Shown here piece after piece: positions 1 through 9,023 of a DNA stretch of 32,000 nt; the stretch's first letter is position 1, and the number at the start of each line of letters is the position of its first letter. The stretch covers positions 990,001 through 1,022,000 of the forward strand of contig NC_004459.3 of NCBI RefSeq assembly GCF_000039765.1, read 5' to 3'. Origin of the DNA: Vibrio vulnificus CMCP6. Lineage in GTDB: Bacteria; Pseudomonadota; Gammaproteobacteria; Enterobacterales; Vibrionaceae. Under the pieces are notes generated by a model. That model did no database searches. It was given only the letters and a program-made list of their open reading frames with translations, and was not told the DNA's origin. The position numbers and the translations under genes were made by a program.

Positions 1-515
1 GCTGCTGTGACTTTGCGGATTAACGCCAGTGGCAGTTTATCCGCAGACAGTTTACCAATCAGCACCACAGGGGCATTGGCCAGCAACATACCAATGGTGG
101 TTCCTAACACAACCCAAGTCAGTGCATCGGCATACTGCGCGCCGAGAATGGACGTCGCGATTTGGGTTTTATCCCCCACTTCAGCAATAAAGAAAGCGAT
201 GAAACTGGCCACAAAAGGACCTCGGTTTGAGATCTCTTCTTCGTCATCCAACTTATCGGGAATCAACACCCATCCCGCCATGGCTAAGAAACTGGCCACC
301 ACCACCCACTTCAACACGTCGGGAGAAAGATAATCGGCAACAACGACACCCAGCCAAGCAGCCAAGGCATGGTTGGCAATCGTAGCGAAAAAGATCGCAG
401 CAATGATTGGGATTGGTTTGCGGTAACGGCTGGCTAACAGCAGAGACAACAATTGGGTTTTATCGCCAATTTCGGCTAAGGCGACAGTAGTAATTGAAAT
501 AGCTAAAACGCTCAC
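1..515 (-). CDS. mneA: UPF0016 / GDT1 (TMEM165) family divalent-cation (Mn2+) exporter; C-terminus runs off the left edge
   Basis: Absent from the ORF track because it is open to the window edge. Reverse-strand translation from GTG at 515 gives VSVLAISITTVALAEIGDKTQLLSLLLASRYRK...FIAFFIAEVGDKTQIATSILGAQY. It carries two E-x-GDKTQ motifs (about 477-454 and 186-163) inside hydrophobic helices, which is the UPF0016 signature. An in-frame TAA at 542-540 leaves GTG 515 as the first possible start. It lies directly downstream of a Mn riboswitch. The symbol follows my recollection of the V. cholerae UPF0016 Mn exporter. Confidence 0.8.
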   Translation of the reverse strand, partial: MSVLAISITTVALAEIGDKTQLLSLLLASRYRKPIPIIAAIFFATIANHALAAWLGVVVADYLSPDVLKWVVVASFLAMAGWVLIPDKLDDEEEISNRGPFVASFIAFFIAEVGDKTQIATSILGAQYADALTWVVLGTTIGMLLANAPVVLIGKLSADKLPLALIRKVTA

Positions 516-716
516 GACATGCTCATTGGGGCGGGATAATTATAGTAACCATAGACAAACCCCACGCCCCACCCCGGTTCGTGTTGTTTGTCTAAGGTCT
601 TGCTAAACTTGAAAGGCTTCAAGTCTCGAACGCCATGGTGATTTGGCACCAATTATGTTGACGGACGAACTCGATGAAAATGGCTTTTCATCCAGTAAGC
701 TACTCCCCAAAGACAG
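516..716 (-). promoter_or_regulatory. yybP-ykoY (Mn2+) riboswitch: aptamer about 715-589, expression platform 588-516
   Basis: The minus-strand RNA reads UGUCUUUGGGGAGUAGC ... GAUGAAAA-GCCA-UUUUCAUC ... GGUG-CCAAAU-CACC ... CUUGAA-GCCU-UUCAAG-UUUAGCAAGACCUUAGACA. The GGGGAGUAGC and GUUUAGCAAGACC blocks match the conserved loops of the L. lactis yybP-ykoY crystal construct. P1 is UGUCU-UU-GG (715-707) paired with CC-UU-AGACA (597-589). Confidence 0.85.
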
Positions 717-721
717 GCGCA

Positions 722-750
722 ATTCTAGCCAGCTTACGGCAACATCTCAA
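722..750 (-). promoter_or_regulatory. sigma70 promoter for the riboswitch-mneA transcript
   Basis: On the minus strand: TTGAGA (750-745), a 17-nt spacer, then TAGAAT (727-722). The predicted start lies a few nt before riboswitch P1 (715). Confidence 0.6.
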
Positions 751-995
751 GTGTGAAATCCGTCAAAAACTCCCTTTTAGGAAAAATTCAGCCGATAACG
801 CGGTAAAAATCCATTAAACGAGAAAATTGCCCACGAATTAATCAAGATTAGCTCTACTCCCATGCTGAATATCTGGGTATACTTGATCGTTATTTTATTC
901 AACCGTCATTACCTTCATTCACCCCTGTTGGCAGCAGAAAACCCAACAAATTCGATGAATGAATCCGTAATAAGAGAATCGCGCGAACCTGACTT

Positions 996-1913
996 ATGCA
1001 AAAATACGATATCAAAACCTTCCAGGGAATGATCCTCGCGCTGCAGGATTATTGGGCTCAAAATGGTTGTACCATTGTTCAACCGCTGGATATGGAAGTG
1101 GGTGCGGGTACCTCTCACCCAATGACTTGTCTACGAGCGCTTGGCCCAGAGCCAATGTCGACAGCTTACGTACAACCTTCTCGTCGTCCGACCGATGGCC
1201 GTTACGGTGAAAACCCTAACCGTCTACAGCACTACTACCAATTCCAAGTTGCGCTAAAACCGTCGCCAGACAATATTCAAGAGTTGTACCTAGGCTCTCT
1301 AGAAGTTCTTGGTATTGACCCACTGGTTCACGACATTCGCTTCGTGGAAGACAACTGGGAAAACCCAACGCTAGGCGCTTGGGGTTTAGGCTGGGAAGTT
1401 TGGCTAAACGGTATGGAAGTGACTCAGTTTACTTACTTCCAACAAGTCGGCGGCCTTGAGTGTAAACCGGTTACTGGTGAGATCACTTACGGTATCGAAC
1501 GTCTTGCGATGTACATCCAAGAAGTTGACTCGGTTTACGATCTGACTTGGAACATCGCACCTGATGGCAGCAAAGTGACTTACGGTGATATCTTCCACCA
1601 AAACGAAGTAGAACAATCAACTTACAACTTCGAGCACGCTGATGTGGATTTCCTGTTCAGCTTCTTCGAACAATGTGAGAAAGAGTGTCAACAACTGCTT
1701 GAGCTAGAAAAACCACTCCCTCTACCTGCCTACGAGCGCATTCTAAAAGCGGCTCACGCGTTCAACCTACTCGATGCTCGCAAAGCGATCTCAGTAACTG
1801 AACGTCAACGCTACATCCTGCGCATCCGTAACCTGACTAAATCAGTGGCAGAAGCATACTACGCATCACGCGAAGCACTTGGCTTCCCAATGTGTAAGAA
1901 AGAACAAGCGTAA
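996..1913 (+). CDS. glyQ: glycine--tRNA ligase alpha subunit
   Basis: 305 aa, near-colinear with E. coli GlyQ ([39 protein letters not shown] ... RQRYILRIR). Confidence 0.97.
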   Translation: MQKYDIKTFQGMILALQDYWAQNGCTIVQPLDMEVGAGTSHPMTCLRALGPEPMSTAYVQPSRRPTDGRYGENPNRLQHYYQFQVALKPSPDNIQELYLGSLEVLGIDPLVHDIRFVEDNWENPTLGAWGLGWEVWLNGMEVTQFTYFQQVGGLECKPVTGEITYGIERLAMYIQEVDSVYDLTWNIAPDGSKVTYGDIFHQNEVEQSTYNFEHADVDFLFSFFEQCEKECQQLLELEKPLPLPAYERILKAAHAFNLLDARKAISVTERQRYILRIRNLTKSVAEAYYASREALGFPMCKKEQA

Positions 1914-1926
1914 GAGGTAGAGTAAC

Positions 1927-4008
1927 ATGGCAAAAGAATTTTTAATCGAGCTAGGTACTGAAGAACTGCCACCAACGCAACTTCGTACTCTGGCTGAAGC
2001 ATTTGCAGCAAACTTTGAAGCAGAGCTAAAAGGTGCTGAACTAACGCACGAAGGTGTGAAATGGTACGCAGCGCCTCGTCGCCTTGCACTGAAAGTCACC
2101 GCATTAGCCGAACACCAAGCAGACAAAATCGTTGAAAAGCGTGGTCCTGCCGTTTCTGCCGCTTTTGATGCAGACGGTAATGCAACCAAAGCCGCTCAAG
2201 GTTGGGCACGTGGTTGTGGCATCACGGTTGATCAAGCAGAGCGCATGATCACTGACAAAGGCGAATGGCTGCTGTTCAAACAAGAAGTCAAAGGCCAACC
2301 AACGGCTGATATCGTGGTTGAGCTGGCAGCAAAAGCGCTAGCAGGTCTACCTATCGCAAAACCTATGCGTTGGGGTAACAAAACCACTCAATTTATCCGT
2401 CCAGTAAAAACGCTGACTATGCTCATGGGTTCTGACCTTATCCAAGGTGAAATCCTAGGCGTAGCCTCTGATCGCGTTATCCGTGGTCACCGCTTTATGG
2501 GTGAGCGCGAGTTCACTATCGAATCTGCAGAGCAATACCCATCGATCCTCGAAGAGCGCGGTAAAGTGATGGCAGATTACGAAGCGCGTAAAGCCATCAT
2601 TCTTGCTGACGCACAAAAAGCAGCAGCGGCAATCGGCGGTATCGCTGATCTAGAAGATGACCTAGTCGAAGAAGTCACCTCTCTGGTTGAATGGCCAGTG
2701 GTACTGACCGCTAAGTTCGAAGAAGAGTTCCTAAAAGTCCCAGCTGAAGCATTGGTTTACACCATGAAAGGTGACCAAAAGTACTTCCCTGTCTACACCG
2801 AAGACAAGCAGCTACTGCCTAACTTCATCTTCGTGTCTAACATCGAATCGAAAGAGCCTCGTTATGTGATTGAAGGTAACGAGAAAGTAGTTCGTCCACG
2901 TCTTGCGGATGCGGAATTCTTCTTCAACACGGACCGTAAGAGCAAGCTCATCGATCGTCTGCCAATGCTAGAAAACGCGATTTTCCAACAGCAACTTGGC
3001 ACCATTAAAGACAAAACCGATCGCATCACTGAACTGGCTGGCTACATTGCTGAGCAAATCGGTGCGGACGTTGAAAAATCAAAACGCGCAGGTCTACTTG
3101 CAAAATGTGACCTAATGACATCAATGGTATTCGAATTTACCGATACTCAAGGTGTGATGGGCATGCACTACGCTCGCCATGACGGTGAAGCGGAAGAAGT
3201 AGCAGTGGCACTAAACGAGCAATACATGCCTCGTTTCGCTGGTGATGACCTACCATCAAATGGGGTATCCTCCGCCGTTGCGATGGCAGACAAGCTCGAC
3301 ACCATCGTGGGTATCTTCGGTATCGGTCAAGCGCCAAAAGGTTCTGACCCATTTGCACTGCGCCGCGCATCACTCGGTGTACTGCGTATCATCGTTGAAT
3401 ACGGTTACAACCTAGACCTTGTTGACCTAGTAGCGAAAGCGAAATCACTGTTCGCCCAACAAGATGGTACTAGCCGTTTAACTAACGATAACGTTGAGCA
3501 AGAAGTGATTGAGTTTATGCTGGGTCGTTTCCGCGCTTGGTACCAAGACGAAGGCTTCAGTGTCGACATCATCCAAGCGGTATTGGCACGTCGTCCAACG
3601 AAACCTGCTGACTTTGACCAACGTGTTAAAGCGGTTTCTCACTTCCGTGAACTGGAAGCGGCAGAAGCACTGGCGGCAGCGAACAAACGTGTCGGTAACA
3701 TCCTAGCGAAATTCGATGGCGAGCTAGCAGCAGACATCGACCTTGCGCTACTGCGAGAAGACGCAGAGAAAGTACTGGCTGAAAACGTGGAAGTGATGAC
3801 AGAAGCGCTTGAGCCAGCATTTGCCACTGGTAACTATCAAGAAGCGCTAAGCAAACTCGCTGACCTACGTGAGCCTGTGGATGCATTCTTCGATAACGTA
3901 ATGGTTATGGCTGATGATGAAGCACTGAAGACCAACCGTCTAACGCTCCTGAACAACCTGCGTAACCTGTTCCTACAGATCGCTGACATTTCTTTGCTTC
4001 AAAAGTAA
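1927..4008 (+). CDS. glyS: glycine--tRNA ligase beta subunit
   Basis: 693 aa, 13 bp after glyQ. The N-terminus [16 protein letters not shown] and the overall length are typical of GlyS. Confidence 0.96.
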   Translation: MAKEFLIELGTEELPPTQLRTLAEAFAANFEAELKGAELTHEGVKWYAAPRRLALKVTALAEHQADKIVEKRGPAVSAAFDADGNATKAAQGWARGCGITVDQAERMITDKGEWLLFKQEVKGQPTADIVVELAAKALAGLPIAKPMRWGNKTTQFIRPVKTLTMLMGSDLIQGEILGVASDRVIRGHRFMGEREFTIESAEQYPSILEERGKVMADYEARKAIILADAQKAAAAIGGIADLEDDLVEEVTSLVEWPVVLTAKFEEEFLKVPAEALVYTMKGDQKYFPVYTEDKQLLPNFIFVSNIESKEPRYVIEGNEKVVRPRLADAEFFFNTDRKSKLIDRLPMLENAIFQQQLGTIKDKTDRITELAGYIAEQIGADVEKSKRAGLLAKCDLMTSMVFEFTDTQGVMGMHYARHDGEAEEVAVALNEQYMPRFAGDDLPSNGVSSAVAMADKLDTIVGIFGIGQAPKGSDPFALRRASLGVLRIIVEYGYNLDLVDLVAKAKSLFAQQDGTSRLTNDNVEQEVIEFMLGRFRAWYQDEGFSVDIIQAVLARRPTKPADFDQRVKAVSHFRELEAAEALAAANKRVGNILAKFDGELAADIDLALLREDAEKVLAENVEVMTEALEPAFATGNYQEALSKLADLREPVDAFFDNVMVMADDEALKTNRLTLLNNLRNLFLQIADISLLQK

Positions 4009-4041
4009 TTCATGACTTTTGAAGTGATTAAGAGATAAGCA

Positions 4042-4068
4042 AAAGGGAAGCATCGGCTTCCCTTTTTT
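4042..4068. terminator. bidirectional rho-independent terminator shared by glyS (+) and the lipoprotein gene (-)
   Basis: AAAGGGAAGC (4042-4051), ATCG loop, GCTTCCCTTT (4056-4065). A T-run follows on the plus strand and an A-run (T-run on the minus strand) precedes it. Confidence 0.85.
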
Positions 4069-4089
4069 GTTTCTCGGCATCCAAACGGC

Positions 4090-4452
4090 TTAGTTGGTGG
4101 CCTCTTGTTCGCAGCGAGCAAAGTCATAATGCTCTTCACGACCACCTTTCCCTTTGAATCCCATGCGAACGACAAAGCCTTGGCGCAAAGCGTTGATCAT
4201 ATCTTCACATGCCCACTCGTACCCGCCTTTCTTAATTGCGTGGGTATCCCATTGATAACCTTCTGGCACCCAAACGTAGTAATCAATATAGCCTTCATCG
4301 GTGACTTTTAAATCTTGGATCTCTTTTAGTTCATCTTGTAATACTGCCACCAGCTCAGGGGCTGCTGTTGGTGCACTGGCTTGATAGTTCATTGTGTTAC
4401 ACGCGGTTAAGCCTGCCAACATGGTCAATAATAAGCACTTTCTCATTTTCAT
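4090..4452 (-). CDS. small lipoprotein of unknown function
   Basis: 120 aa. The signal peptide carries a lipobox (MKMRKCLLLTMLAGLTAC|NT). The mature part is hydrophilic with two further Cys residues. I recognise no family. Confidence 0.7.
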   Translation of the reverse strand: MKMRKCLLLTMLAGLTACNTMNYQASAPTAAPELVAVLQDELKEIQDLKVTDEGYIDYYVWVPEGYQWDTHAIKKGGYEWACEDMINALRQGFVVRMGFKGKGGREEHYDFARCEQEATN

Positions 4453-4750
4453 TGTAATTCCATTTAGTTATGTAATGCGCACGCATAATACATTCACAGT
4501 AAGCATAATAACAAAGCCATATGGCGTTCTAATTTATCAAAATGTTATATGGATCATCCGCTCTTACATTTGCTGAATTTTTCTTCTTTACCGAGAGGGA
4601 TTTCGTGGGAAAAAGTTTCAGCTTACGAGTAATTTCACGCTTTTACTCTCTGTTACATTCAGGTATGTTCAACTATTACTCTATCAGCCAGCAACGTACT
4701 GGCCATTTAGGCACACAAAAGCAATCACAATGAATTAGGTATAACAACAA

Positions 4751-6007
4751 ATGCAGTTTTCAAAATTTGGCGAAAAGTTTAATCAGTATTCTGGAATAAC
4801 CCAATTAATGGACGATTTGAATGATGGTCTGCGCACACCAGGTGCCATCATGCTCGGTGGAGGTAATCCTGCCGCTATCCCAGCCATGCTCGAATACTTT
4901 CACCAAGCCAGCGAAAACATGCTCTCTAACGGCGAATTGCTTGCAGCACTGGCAAACTACGATGGTCCTCAAGGTAAAGATGTCTTTGTTAAAGCACTGG
5001 CTCGCTTACTCAAGGAGACCTATGGTTGGAATATCAGTGAAAAGAACATCAGTTTGACCAATGGCAGCCAAAGCGGCTTTTTCTACCTGTTTAATCTTTT
5101 TGCTGGTCAACAACCCGACGGCTCACATAAAAAAATCTTGCTACCGCTGGCGCCAGAATACATCGGCTATGCCGATGCGGGGATTGATGAAGATATTTTT
5201 GTCTCTTATCGTCCTGAGATTGAGCTTCTCGATAATGGCTTGTTCAAATACCACGTGGATTTCGAACAACTCAAACTGGATGAATCTGTCGCTGCGATTT
5301 GTGCCTCCCGTCCAACCAATCCAACCGGTAACGTGCTGACAGATGAAGAAATTCGCAAGTTGGATCAGTTAGCCAGAGACAACCAGATTCCCCTCATCAT
5401 TGATAACGCCTACGGTTTGCCCTTTCCAAATATTATCTTTGAAGATGTTGAACCATTTTGGAATGAAAACACCATTCTGTGCATGAGTTTGTCCAAACTA
5501 GGGCTCCCTGGGGTTCGCTGTGGCATCGTCATTGCGAATGAAGCCGTGACCCAAGCCCTGACCAATATGAATGGCATTATTAGCCTCGCTCCAGGCAGCG
5601 TTGGCCCTGCTCTCGGTCACTACATGATAGAAAAGGAAGATCTACTGCACCTCAGCTCAGAGGTGATCAAACCGTTCTACCAACAAAAATCGCAACGCGC
5701 GGTTGAACTGCTCCAAGCCGCCATGCCCGATGATCGCTTCCGTATCCATAAACCGGAAGGCGCGATTTTCTTATGGTTGTGGTTTGATGAGCTTCCTATC
5801 ACCACCATGGAACTGTACCAACGCTTAAAGGCTCGAGGCGTGCTGATCGTGCCAGGGGAATACTTCTTTATTGGCCAAGAAGATAATTGGGAGCATGCCC
5901 ATCAGTGTTTGCGCATGAACTATGTGCAGGATGATGAGCTCATGCAGAAAGGCATTGCGATCATTGCTGAAGAGGTCAATCGTGCCTATTCTGAAAGAGA
6001 GTCCTAA
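4751..6007 (+). CDS. avtA: valine--pyruvate aminotransferase (alanine-valine transaminase, PLP-dependent)
   Basis: 418 aa. The N-terminus MQFSKFGEKFNQYSGITQLMDDLNDGLRTPGAIMLGGGNPAAIPAM parallels E. coli AvtA (417 aa). SLSKLGLPG is the PLP-lysine motif. Confidence 0.9.
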   Translation: MQFSKFGEKFNQYSGITQLMDDLNDGLRTPGAIMLGGGNPAAIPAMLEYFHQASENMLSNGELLAALANYDGPQGKDVFVKALARLLKETYGWNISEKNISLTNGSQSGFFYLFNLFAGQQPDGSHKKILLPLAPEYIGYADAGIDEDIFVSYRPEIELLDNGLFKYHVDFEQLKLDESVAAICASRPTNPTGNVLTDEEIRKLDQLARDNQIPLIIDNAYGLPFPNIIFEDVEPFWNENTILCMSLSKLGLPGVRCGIVIANEAVTQALTNMNGIISLAPGSVGPALGHYMIEKEDLLHLSSEVIKPFYQQKSQRAVELLQAAMPDDRFRIHKPEGAIFLWLWFDELPITTMELYQRLKARGVLIVPGEYFFIGQEDNWEHAHQCLRMNYVQDDELMQKGIAIIAEEVNRAYSERES

Positions 6008-6026
6008 TTTTTAATACCTTAAAATA

Positions 6027-8288
6027 ATGAAAACGGGTTTGCTCATGTTCAATGAGCAGATCGGTTTTACCTTTTTGCTCTATTTCGTTTGGTGTGCATG
6101 GATGAATACCTTTCTCAATATAAAGCATCCCCTCATTGCGACGTTGCTCTTATTTGCGTCAATACTCTCAATCACTTTGTGGATTATCCATTTAGTGACC
6201 GACGCCAATTTGCGCGAAAAAGAGCTATTGGTGAGTCAAGTCGCGATGACTCAAGCAAAAAACTTAGAGAAGGAACTGCACACCGCGTTGATCGCCTCCA
6301 CGCAAATCCTTGCCGTCGAAGTGATTCAAAACAACGGTAACATGGAGAATTTTGAAGAATACGCGCAAGAAATTCTCTCTTTAAGCGAAGTGATCTCCAA
6401 TCTTCAATTGGCACCGAATGGCATCATTCAATTCATTTACCCTCTCGCTGGCAACGAAAAAGCCATTGGTCACAACTTACTCAAAGACGATGCAAGAAAG
6501 AAAGAGGCGCTGAGTGCCGTGGAGTCAGGCAAGCTCACTCTCGCTGGCCCATTTACCCTAAAACAAGGTGGAATAGGCATGGTTGCTCGCCGACCCGTGT
6601 TTCTTAAACTGCAAGATAAAAGCGAGTTTTGGGGATTTGTCTCCGCGCTGATTTTGTTAGAAAACTTAATTGCCAGCAGCGACCTTCAAGAGTTACAGAA
6701 AGACAACCTTCGTTTTCAACTCTCGCGCATCCACCCCGACACCAACCAAGTTGATGTCTTTTATGGTGAGTCGATATCTCAAGACTGGATCAGCAGCCAG
6801 GTCACCATTGACGTGCCCAACAACCAATGGACGCTCATCGTTGGTCTACCACAAAGCCAGCAACTGTTTGGCTCTGCGTTAATTCAATTGGCCATTGCTT
6901 TAATAGTCAGTGGCTTCGCCAGTTTTTGCTTTTTTTACTACGTCACACTACCGAAGAAGCTGCAACATGCCGTCGAAAAAAAGACATTTCAGCTCAAAAA
7001 GCTGGCCAATACTGACATGCTTACTGGATTGGACAATCGGCGAAAATTCACGGATGTGCTTAACCAGATTCTACAAAAATCAGACGCATTGGCGCATTGC
7101 CACGCCCTGTTGTATCTCGATATCGATAATTTCAAACAGATCAATGACCAACTGGGCCACTATGTAGGAGATCAAGTGCTAAAAGTCGTGGCCCAACGCT
7201 TATGCCACCACGTTTCCGATGCACAATCGATCACACGAATCAGTGGTGATGAGTTCGCCGTTCTCCTTGAATATCAAGAGATCGACAGCCTCAAAGCGCG
7301 TCTTTCTGCGCTGATTGTCGCACTATCACAACCGAGTGAACATATTCCGAACTCTCATCGCCTAACCGTCTCCATCGGCGTCGTGCTTATTCCACAAGAT
7401 GGCCAAGACCTCACGCTACTGATGCAACACGTGGATTTTGCGATGTATCAAGCCAAGAGCCAAGGTCGCAACCAGTATTGTTTTTTCGATAGGCTCATGA
7501 AGCTCAGAGATGATGAGAAAATCCAACTCATTGAAAGTTTGAAGATCGCCATTGAGCAAAATCAGTTTGTGCTTCATTACCAACCTATCTATGACATTCG
7601 ATCACACCAGATACATTGCTATGAAGCCCTTATCCGTTGGCAACACCCAACGAAAGGTTTACTCTATCCCGCGAGCTTTATTGAGCTTGCAGAGCAAAGT
7701 GGTTTGATCAATGAGATTGGCGATTGTGTCCTTGCTCAAGCCTGCCAATTTATTGCACAAGCAGCACCAGAGAAACCGATCGTGTCGATCAACATTTCCG
7801 CCAGCCAACTGTCCGATCCTCAACTCTTTGAACGGTTTATCGGCATTATCCAGCAGTATGGTGTAGATGCGCATTCACTGAAGTTTGAGCTGACCGAAAC
7901 CACCTTGATGCAAAATATTCAGGCCTGTATCAATATCTTGCTCAAGTTTAAACAACTGGGTATACAGATAGCGATTGATGATTTTGGTACCGGCTATTCT
8001 TCATTGGCGATTTTGAAAGACGTGCCAGCCAACTACTTAAAAATTGATAAGTCGTTTATTGACCAAATCAATTCCAATACTGGCGATCAGAAAGTCGCGC
8101 AAAGCATCATTACTTTGGCGCATCATCTTGATATGCAGGTGATAGCGGAAGGGATTGAACAGATTGAGCAAGAAGAGTTGCTTGCTCAATTTCAATGTGA
8201 TTTTGGGCAAGGCTACCTGTTTGGTCGCCCTGCCCCAGTCGACTCGCTGCTATTTAACAGCACAGACATCAATTCTCGAGCAGTTTAG
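6027..8288 (+). CDS. membrane sensor with periplasmic CHASE domain plus GGDEF (SGDEF variant) and EAL domains (c-di-GMP turnover)
   Basis: CHASE-like block: [27 protein letters not shown]...[25 protein letters not shown], flanked by transmembrane (TM) helices. GGDEF domain: [43 protein letters not shown] domain: [47 protein letters not shown]. The start is ambiguous (6027, 6045 or 6102). Membrane topology and the hairpin at 6030-6068 favour ATG 6102. Confidence 0.9.
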   Translation: MKTGLLMFNEQIGFTFLLYFVWCAWMNTFLNIKHPLIATLLLFASILSITLWIIHLVTDANLREKELLVSQVAMTQAKNLEKELHTALIASTQILAVEVIQNNGNMENFEEYAQEILSLSEVISNLQLAPNGIIQFIYPLAGNEKAIGHNLLKDDARKKEALSAVESGKLTLAGPFTLKQGGIGMVARRPVFLKLQDKSEFWGFVSALILLENLIASSDLQELQKDNLRFQLSRIHPDTNQVDVFYGESISQDWISSQVTIDVPNNQWTLIVGLPQSQQLFGSALIQLAIALIVSGFASFCFFYYVTLPKKLQHAVEKKTFQLKKLANTDMLTGLDNRRKFTDVLNQILQKSDALAHCHALLYLDIDNFKQINDQLGHYVGDQVLKVVAQRLCHHVSDAQSITRISGDEFAVLLEYQEIDSLKARLSALIVALSQPSEHIPNSHRLTVSIGVVLIPQDGQDLTLLMQHVDFAMYQAKSQGRNQYCFFDRLMKLRDDEKIQLIESLKIAIEQNQFVLHYQPIYDIRSHQIHCYEALIRWQHPTKGLLYPASFIELAEQSGLINEIGDCVLAQACQFIAQAAPEKPIVSINISASQLSDPQLFERFIGIIQQYGVDAHSLKFELTETTLMQNIQACINILLKFKQLGIQIAIDDFGTGYSSLAILKDVPANYLKIDKSFIDQINSNTGDQKVAQSIITLAHHLDMQVIAEGIEQIEQEELLAQFQCDFGQGYLFGRPAPVDSLLFNSTDINSRAV
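6030..6076 (+). terminator. probable avtA terminator (long imperfect hairpin plus T-tracts)
   Basis: The core stem is TGCTCAT (6040-6046), GTTCA loop, ATGAGCA (6052-6058). It extends outward to AAAAC (6030-6034) paired with GTTTT (6064-6068), followed by ACCTTTTT (6069-6076). It is AT-rich, so strength is uncertain. Confidence 0.5.
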
Positions 8289-8703
8289 TGCCACCTATAG
8301 CAATCTTACGTGGTTGCATCGCTTCTGGAATTTCACGCACCAAATCGATGTGCAGTAAACCATTTTCCATCGATGCCCCCACCACTTTGACGTAATCCGC
8401 TAGCTGGAATTTACGCTCAAAGTCGCGCTCTGCAATGCCTTGATAAACGTAGTTTTTGCCTTCTTCGGCTTTGCGTTCACCCTTCACGATCAACATGTTT
8501 TCGTTTTGCGTCAAATCGAGCTGATCTTCAGAAAAACCTGCAACTGCCATCGTAATACGGTAGTTGTGCTCATCTTTTTGTTCAATGTTGTATGGAGGGT
8601 AACCGCCAGAACTGTTTTTGGCTGCGCTGGCTTCCATCAGGTTGAACAGACGGTCAAAACCAATCGCATTACGGTATAGTGGTGAGAAATCTACATTACG
8701 CAT
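8269..8703 (-). CDS. ibpA: small heat-shock protein IbpA (alpha-crystallin / Hsp20 family)
   Basis: 144 aa. [24 protein letters not shown]...GYPPYNIE...[10 protein letters not shown] closely parallels E. coli IbpA. Its last 20 nt overlap the 3' end of the convergent GGDEF-EAL gene. Confidence 0.95.
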   Translation of the reverse strand: MRNVDFSPLYRNAIGFDRLFNLMEASAAKNSSGGYPPYNIEQKDEHNYRITMAVAGFSEDQLDLTQNENMLIVKGERKAEEGKNYVYQGIAERDFERKFQLADYVKVVGASMENGLLHIDLVREIPEAMQPRKIAIGGTKLLEN

Positions 8704-8790
8704 AATCCTATCCTCTTTTAAGCAATAGTCTTAGCCCAGATAAACCTATCTTGTTGGCGTGTTTATGCAAGAAAACGCCGAGCTAAGGGA
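8704..8790 (-). promoter_or_regulatory. ROSE-like RNA thermometer in the ibpA 5' UTR
   Basis: Minus-strand RNA: outer stem CUUAGC (8787-8782) with GCUAAG (8735-8730) encloses hairpins GGCGU (8779-8775)/ACGCC (8760-8756) and GAUA/UAUC (8750-8739). Next comes an SD hairpin: CUAUUGCU (8728-8721), a 6-nt UAAAAG loop (8720-8715), then AGGAUAG (8714-8708). In this hairpin the U(U/C)GCU motif pairs with the SD and G8723 bulges. Confidence 0.55.
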
Positions 8791-8960
8791 TTCGATAGTC
8801 CACTCCACAACCCAACTTTGGGGACGGGGACATGGTGTCGAATCTAGGGTCAAATTGAGTGCTAAAACTCAGTATCCTCTCTTGAGCGATCTGGTTTAGC
8901 GATGCCAGAGGTGCTGTTCTTCTCTTGTTGAGCAAGCTAGCCATCCCTCTTCCTAATTAG

Positions 8961-8988
8961 ATATAAGGCCTAGAAATGGGGTTTCAAG
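8961..8988 (-). promoter_or_regulatory. candidate sigma32 (heat-shock) promoter for ibpA
   Basis: On the minus strand: CTTGAAA (8988-8982), a 13-nt spacer, then CCTTATAT (8968-8961), against the consensus CTTGAAA-N13-14-CCCCATnT. It implies a leader of about 250 nt. The spacer itself contains CCCCATTT, which makes the assignment ambiguous. Confidence 0.4.
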
Positions 8989-9023
8989 GGATCAGAAAAA
9001 GAATTTTTCAGTCTGTGCTGTCA

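Noticed and set aside
7-333. 108-aa plus-strand ORF from the track (MTLRINASGS...)
   Set aside because: It is antisense to the UPF0016 exporter gene, whose reverse-strand translation carries two family-defining ExGDKTQ motifs. The plus-strand product is low-complexity with no SD.
8201-8268. Hairpin GGCAAGGC (13-nt loop) GCCCTGCC near the 3' end of the EAL gene as a possible ibpA terminator
   Set aside because: No U-tract follows on either strand and the loop is 13 nt, so it is not a convincing intrinsic terminator.
8822-8860. Alternative sigma32 promoter using CCCCGTCCCC (8831-8822) as -10 with TTTGAC upstream
   Set aside because: The spacing between the -35-like and -10-like elements is about 19-20 nt, against the 13-14 nt required. 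It is kept only as a note in case TSS mapping favours a short leader.
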